Of a stretch of DNA of 29,348 nt, positions 24,398 to 29,348 are shown one piece after another (within the stretch, counting starts at the first letter, position 1; each line of letters opens with the position of its first letter). The translations under genes and the position numbers were made by a program. A model generated the notes under the pieces. The model worked only from the letters and a program-made list of their open reading frames with translations, had not been told where the DNA came from and made no database searches. The DNA comes from a virus (Duplodnaviria > Caudoviricetes), in IMG/VR virus record IMGVR_UViG_3300037566_000056, positions 1-29,348 of that record. The stretch is one strand, 5' to 3'.

Positions 24398-27133
24398 ATG
24401 CATTACGATCAATGGGGAAAATACAACTATATTAACTCTATGGAACTAATCCAGAAAGTTGACAAAATGATGATTACTGATGGTAAGCAAAATTATGAAC
24501 TAGTGTCTATCGATACTGAGACCAACGGCTTGAGGCATAAAATTGCCAGCGTGATTGGTTTTTCTTGGTCAGTTGACGACCAAAAAGGATGGTATCTGCC
24601 TCTAGTAGAATGGATTCCTGACGAGTCAAGTCTTAAAACTGTAACTAAAAACAAAAAGAAATACGAAGCATTTATGGATGGCCATTTCAGATGCGTGTGG
24701 ACCGGCAAGACTTATCCTGAGTTCTTCAAGCCGCACGAATACGAGATGCCAGAGTTTATTCCAGCACTAATCATTAGATGGTTCAAGGGCACTCGAGATA
24801 TCTACCACAATGCGCCATTCGATGTTAACCACTTACATGAAATCACAGGAGTTGATCTGTGCGATGAAGTATTTGCGGACACTGCTCTTTTGTCTCACAT
24901 CTTAAATGAAAATAGTCCAAATGGCCTAAAAGAAACTGCCTCTGAGTGGAAAGAAGAATTAGGGATCAATCCTCACCAAATGGCTAACCAAGAGCAAAAA
25001 GAACTAGGTGAATCAGTCATTAGAAATGGAGGTGACGTAACGCCATCAGGTAAACCTAAAACAGTGTGGCGAGCAGAACCTGAGTTCATGTGTAAGTACG
25101 CTTGTTCGGATACATTTTTGACTTACGGGGTCTTTAAAGTAGGCATCCAAAAGTTTATCCAAAGATTTGGTGAAGACATGCTAGATTGGTTCTTTACTAA
25201 AGAAGTAATGCCTCTTTGTAGAGAAGTAGTCATTCCTATGAAGAGAAAAGGAGTTTACATTGATGTGCCTCACTTTCAAAAGGCAGCTAAAGAGACCGCT
25301 CAAAAGCTTCTCGATCTAGAAGACGCAGTAATCGAAAGTGTAAAAGATCACCTTCCTCACTTTACTATTGGTAAGTCACTCGACGAAGCTATATCTAATC
25401 AAAGACTAGTCAAAAGAATCATTGAGATTGAAGGTAAAAGTATTCCAACTAAACTAGACAAAAAGACCGGTAAATACAAAGAAACTCTAGCCAAAGGGGT
25501 AGTCAAAAAAGTCTATCAGGAAGACCCACATTGGATCTGGGGCTACATTTTAGGTGAGGATGAGATAGCATACTCGGATGAGAAATTATTAGCCATAAAG
25601 AAACAACTATACTTAGAAGTAGAAGGTAGACGTTATCGCTTTAATCCAGGATCTGATAACCATCTAAGATGGCTGTTTTGTGACCGTCTAGGTTACAGTA
25701 AAACAGATCTACCTCAAACTGATTCTGCAACCAAAGATAACCCGATTCCAAGTATGGCCGCAGATGTATTGACCGAGTTTATCCTACCAGACCATCCCTG
25801 GATTGCTAATATTCTTAAGTTTAAGAAACTAAGAAAGCTACATTCCGGCTACATGCTACCTGCGCTGAATCTAAATATTGATGGCTGGCTGTATATGGAT
25901 ATGCGTCAAAATGGAACTAAGTCTGGAAGATTTGCCTGCTCTGGCGGATTTAATCTTCAAACACTTCCTAAAATTGACGCAGAAATGGAAGCTAAAGAAG
26001 AATGTCCGAAATGTAAGTCAAACAATACCGCAGTGCATCAAGAAATATCGGCACTCGCAGACGTCACGTGTAATGATTGTGGCCACGTGCAAGTAGGTGT
26101 AGTGTGCCCGTCAGTTATTAAGAAAGGATTTATCGCACCTCCAGGTTTTAAAATTGTAAACGCCGATTACAGTTCACTTGAGCCTAGATGTTTCGCGTTT
26201 GTATCAGGTGATGATAAACTAAAAGAGGTTTATTGGAATGGATTAGATCTGTATTCTAAAGTCTATTGCGATATGTACGACGATGAAAATCAATATTCTG
26301 CACACCCTGATGCTGATAATTTTTTAAAGAAACTAAACAAGGCTGCTAGAACTGGAGTAAAACCAATCGTTTTAGGTATACCGTATGGAGCTAACAAATA
26401 CCAAGTAGCCCAGCTGTTGGATGCCTATGTAGAAGTTAAGAAAGACGGTAAGTTAGTTAAATTTCCAGACACCGCAAGAGGGCAGGCTACTATTGATCAA
26501 TACTTAGGGACTTATAAAGATCTTCAAAAGTACATGGAAAAATGCGAAATTGACTGTCTAACCAAAGGCTACGTTGAGACTCTAATAGGAAGACGTAGAC
26601 ACTTCATGTATGCTCCTAAAATTTATAGATTCTTAGTAACTAAGAGGATTAAAGTTGAAGAGATCATTGAAGCGTCATCCAACCAACTAAAAAAGCATAC
26701 CACAAAATTTGTATCTGCTAATGGTAATATGATTAGTCTCACCGAAGGTGAGCTCAAAGCTTTGATATCGGACATGGGACTTCCTTATAAAAACTGTGTA
26801 AATAAAGGATACTGGTTGTACGTTAAAAACCTTTTAAAGGCAGACCTGAACAACTCTAAAAACCACCCGATTCAAGGATTGGCCGGACACATTACAAACA
26901 AAGGTATGCTAGAAACTACTAGACTCTTTAAACAAAACAACATACCGTTAGACGTCGGATGGGTGTGTCTTCAGATCCATGATGAGATCATGACGTACGT
27001 ACGAGAAGATATGTCTCAGTTAGGAGCTGATTGCCTTCAATCCGGAATGGAAAAGAATGAGTTTACGGCTCTGTTAGATATCGACATGATTGCAGAACCT
27101 GAAATTTGCGATTGCGTAATGGAGGCTAAATAA
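24398..27133 (+). CDS. polA: Family A DNA polymerase with a 3'-5' exonuclease domain
   Basis: Exonuclease motifs IDTETNG, HNAPFD and YACSD; TKSGRF, ADYSSLEPR (A), R...KPIVLGIPYG (B), NHPIQG and QIHDE (C). Confidence 0.95.
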   Translation: MHYDQWGKYNYINSMELIQKVDKMMITDGKQNYELVSIDTETNGLRHKIASVIGFSWSVDDQKGWYLPLVEWIPDESSLKTVTKNKKKYEAFMDGHFRCVWTGKTYPEFFKPHEYEMPEFIPALIIRWFKGTRDIYHNAPFDVNHLHEITGVDLCDEVFADTALLSHILNENSPNGLKETASEWKEELGINPHQMANQEQKELGESVIRNGGDVTPSGKPKTVWRAEPEFMCKYACSDTFLTYGVFKVGIQKFIQRFGEDMLDWFFTKEVMPLCREVVIPMKRKGVYIDVPHFQKAAKETAQKLLDLEDAVIESVKDHLPHFTIGKSLDEAISNQRLVKRIIEIEGKSIPTKLDKKTGKYKETLAKGVVKKVYQEDPHWIWGYILGEDEIAYSDEKLLAIKKQLYLEVEGRRYRFNPGSDNHLRWLFCDRLGYSKTDLPQTDSATKDNPIPSMAADVLTEFILPDHPWIANILKFKKLRKLHSGYMLPALNLNIDGWLYMDMRQNGTKSGRFACSGGFNLQTLPKIDAEMEAKEECPKCKSNNTAVHQEISALADVTCNDCGHVQVGVVCPSVIKKGFIAPPGFKIVNADYSSLEPRCFAFVSGDDKLKEVYWNGLDLYSKVYCDMYDDENQYSAHPDADNFLKKLNKAARTGVKPIVLGIPYGANKYQVAQLLDAYVEVKKDGKLVKFPDTARGQATIDQYLGTYKDLQKYMEKCEIDCLTKGYVETLIGRRRHFMYAPKIYRFLVTKRIKVEEIIEASSNQLKKHTTKFVSANGNMISLTEGELKALISDMGLPYKNCVNKGYWLYVKNLLKADLNNSKNHPIQGLAGHITNKGMLETTRLFKQNNIPLDVGWVCLQIHDEIMTYVREDMSQLGADCLQSGMEKNEFTALLDIDMIAEPEICDCVMEAK

Positions 27134-27396
27134 TGAAAAATGCACTAGGATATTTATTTTTAATGGTATTTGCTTTAGTTATAGATTTTGTCGGCAGCAT
27201 GCTGTATACTCCTGACTTTAAAGTAGGAGAGTGTGCTATATGGCAAGTAAAAGTCAGAAAAATTGTACAAGTCAATAAATTCTATTACAATTACTGTGTA
27301 ATGAAAGACGGCAAATGTGGATCAAAAATATACTCAATTAGAGTTCATAGTTTTGACAAAATGATGAAAAAAACTTCTTGTAAGGAGAATAAATGA
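27133..27396 (+). CDS. Small membrane-anchored/exported protein (87 aa)
   Basis: TAATG coupling, GGAGG RBS, N-terminal hydrophobic helix and 4 Cys. Confidence 0.65.
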   Translation: MKNALGYLFLMVFALVIDFVGSMLYTPDFKVGECAIWQVKVRKIVQVNKFYYNYCVMKDGKCGSKIYSIRVHSFDKMMKKTSCKENK

Positions 27397-28055
27397 GAAA
27401 GATTATTGCGTTCGCAGGACCTAAAACGTCAGGAAAAACAACAGCAATGGAAGCACTAGGCGCTAAATATAGAGATGTACATGGCCTAGCCTTAGCAGGG
27501 CATCTTAAAGATGTGTGTGCAAAGATCTTTTCCCTTGACCAGAAACTATTCCACGATCAAAATCTGAAAGAAGCAGACCTGGCGGAGTACGTAGAACTGA
27601 CTCCTAAGAAAATTGAAGATATTTTCATCTTGTTTGGTCTTGGAGATAATGACTATAATTATGACGAGCACATCAGGCCGCATATTGGGGCTATCTTAGA
27701 AACACCAAGAAGGCTACTGCAATACATCGGAACAGAAGTGTTACACCCAATTGACCCTCTAATCCACGCTAAGTTCTTAGTAAAGAATTTACTTCCGGAG
27801 TCTGGTATTGTGGTACTCACCGATCTTAGGTTTAAGAATGAGTTTGAGTTTTTTAAGACTAACTATGCAAAAGAATTTGTACCATTTCATATCAATAGCA
27901 CCCGAGCTGAAATGGCGGCAGCTGGTGACAAACACCCGTCTGAAATGCAGCGCCACGAGTTCAAAGCAGATTGTATTCAATTAGATAATAACAGCACTTT
28001 ATACGCATTTAAAGATCTGGTCAGGAAAAACCTAGAGGAAGTATATCATGCATAA
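27393..28055 (+). CDS. Deoxynucleoside monophosphate kinase
   Basis: FAGPKTSGKTT P-loop, LAGHLKD, TPRRLLQYIGTE, TDLRFKNE and HPSE, as in T4 gp1/T5-type dNMP kinases. Confidence 0.9.
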   Translation: MRKIIAFAGPKTSGKTTAMEALGAKYRDVHGLALAGHLKDVCAKIFSLDQKLFHDQNLKEADLAEYVELTPKKIEDIFILFGLGDNDYNYDEHIRPHIGAILETPRRLLQYIGTEVLHPIDPLIHAKFLVKNLLPESGIVVLTDLRFKNEFEFFKTNYAKEFVPFHINSTRAEMAAAGDKHPSEMQRHEFKADCIQLDNNSTLYAFKDLVRKNLEEVYHA

Positions 28056-28284
28056 ATTTCTAATCAGAAATACAGACGGAAAGAAAAGTCTAACAGCCAC
28101 TGCTTTTGCGATGGGCTTCATTATTGTCAATGTCAAATTCCTGTTTGCAGGAATGTCATTTGGAGCTTTGATCTTATCGCCGTTCACTGGAGTCGAGTAT
28201 GCCGCAGCAGTAGCTGGACTTGGTGGAGTGTATGTTCTAAGAAGGCAAAATGAAAAGTCCCAAGAGAATAAAGAAGCTAATTAG
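28048..28284 (+). CDS. Holin-like small membrane protein (2 TM, charged C-tail)
   Basis: DGKKSLT followed by two hydrophobic helices and a charged tail. The holin role is inference. Confidence 0.5.
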   Translation: MHKFLIRNTDGKKSLTATAFAMGFIIVNVKFLFAGMSFGALILSPFTGVEYAAAVAGLGGVYVLRRQNEKSQENKEAN

Positions 28285-28465
28285 ATTCATTGAATCATTA
28301 GAAGACCTACTAGATTACGTGAAAACTCTAGATAGGCCTTTTGAGGACGGCATGACACATAAACAAATGCTTACTCAGCTTAAAGTAACACTAGAGGAGC
28401 TCAGTCGTGAAGGAAAAGTCCACGATATTAAGTTATTTCAAAAGTTTAAAGACAAGTCTGATTAA
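28250..28465 (+). CDS. Hypothetical protein (71 aa)
   Basis: AAGG RBS; overlaps both neighbours. Confidence 0.5.
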   Translation: MKSPKRIKKLIRFIESLEDLLDYVKTLDRPFEDGMTHKQMLTQLKVTLEELSREGKVHDIKLFQKFKDKSD

Positions 28466-29348
28466 AAATCTGCCATCCATCTTAGGAATAGCTATAATCT
28501 TATATTCAATATCTGAATTTATTTCAGAAAATAATAGACTGCATGAAAAGCTAATTGGTAAGGATGAAGAGATAAAGCTACTGAACAATAATGTGGCTAA
28601 CTTAAAAAGGGAATATGTTGAGCAGCAACAACTACAAGATACATTCAAGAAAGAATGGAATGTGGAGCGTTCAAATCTTAGAGGAAGAATTAAAGTACTA
28701 TCTAATGCCACATACCTTATCAGAGAAAGAGCTAGAAGAGAAGGTGCGTCAGATCTTTCTTATCAAGGTAAAAAAGTTAAATATGTCTTTAACGAGCTTC
28801 GGTTCAGAGAAGGCCCACCAATTGGCTACGTACTTATATTTGACAATGGACGAGTTGTGTCAAAAATCTATAATCACCAAATTGACGTCAAAACAGCAAT
28901 TTCTAGAGATGAAGAACAAGGGACGTACGACGTTTTATCCAAGGCTGATTTTATCCTTAGATCGGGCCATCTCAAGCCAGACGGCAAAAATTGGTTTAAT
29001 GTCAGGTATCCACTGGCCATCACAGGTGGAACCGCTAAGATTGATCCAACAGAAAAGTTAAATACCTCTAAGTCTTTTTATTGGGACAAGCAATTAAACG
29101 CTAATATTAACTTTACTTCTAGACCCATGCCAGGCCTAGGTCTTAGTTTTGCTGGATATGGTAAAAGCAAAAGAGATCTTGATTTTAAATTTTTGCAATT
29201 AGGTGCTCAGTATGATGATAGTCAAGTAGGACTTACAGCCACTCCAGTATTGTGGAGATTTGCTCCTAACTTGCTAAATAATACTTACATTGGGCCAGGA
29301 TACTACGCAGATAAAAACAATAATGGATGGTTTGTAGGTTTACAAATC
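28407..29348 (+). CDS. 3'-truncated protein (at least 314 aa) with an N-terminal TM helix, a coiled coil and C-terminal amphipathic beta-strands; spanin-like candidate
   Basis: Not in the track because it runs off the window. GAGGAG RBS and GTG at 28407, open to the end: ...LPSILGIAIILYSISEF...ENNRLHEKLIGKDEEIKLLNNNVANLKREY...GLGLSFAGYG...TYIGPGYY...GWFVGLQI. Confidence 0.75.
   Translation, partial: MKEKSTILSYFKSLKTSLIKNLPSILGIAIILYSISEFISENNRLHEKLIGKDEEIKLLNNNVANLKREYVEQQQLQDTFKKEWNVERSNLRGRIKVLSNATYLIRERARREGASDLSYQGKKVKYVFNELRFREGPPIGYVLIFDNGRVVSKIYNHQIDVKTAISRDEEQGTYDVLSKADFILRSGHLKPDGKNWFNVRYPLAITGGTAKIDPTEKLNTSKSFYWDKQLNANINFTSRPMPGLGLSFAGYGKSKRDLDFKFLQLGAQYDDSQVGLTATPVLWRFAPNLLNNTYIGPGYYADKNNNGWFVGLQI

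Noticed and set aside
25980-26110. Intein or intron in the polymerase
   Set aside because: The insert is short, in frame, and lacks C/S...HN splice junctions and endonuclease motifs.
28615-29061. 148-aa track ORF as a real gene or a nested Rz1-like lipoprotein
   Set aside because: It lies in another frame inside the longer SD-led ORF from 28407 and has no signal peptide or lipobox.
1-29348. Stop-codon reassignment, tRNA genes or a CRISPR array
   Set aside because: Long genes are intact under code 11, and TAA, TGA and TAG all end genes. I noticed no cloverleaf or repeat-spacer pattern by eye; tRNAscan was not run.

Overview
A 29.3-kb, densely coding, AT-rich fragment of a large tailed dsDNA bacteriophage genome; the standard genetic code fits, and I saw no tRNA, rRNA, CRISPR array or integrase. 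It has three blocks. (1) 1-9166 (+): the end of a virion-structure operon with fibre/decoration proteins, a tail-fibre assembly chaperone and a putative receptor-binding protein with three tandem carbohydrate-binding-like domains. (2) 9167-16932 (-): one long, tightly coupled operon encoding an SF2 helicase, an HNH endonuclease, a degenerate ThyX-like protein, a Tad1-family anti-defence nucleotide sponge, an M15 L-Ala-D-Glu endolysin, a HAD phosphatase, a lipoprotein, a frameshifted DEDDh exonuclease, a GNAT acetyltransferase and a run of hydrophobic mini-proteins, several missing from the ORF track. (3) 17254-end (+): a GroEL-like chaperonin, a T5 A1-like metallophosphoesterase, a primase-helicase, a family A DNA polymerase (Leu762 type, Zn-ribbon insertion), a dNMP kinase, a holin-like gene and an unannotated TM/coiled-coil/beta-strand protein that may be a one-piece spanin. 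A recurring promoter motif, T(G/T)TAC(T/A)-N16/17-TAnnnY, marks six intergenic sites; one copy has its -35 box in the loop of a long hairpin. All family calls are by-eye motif recognition; no database search was run and the host cannot be determined.
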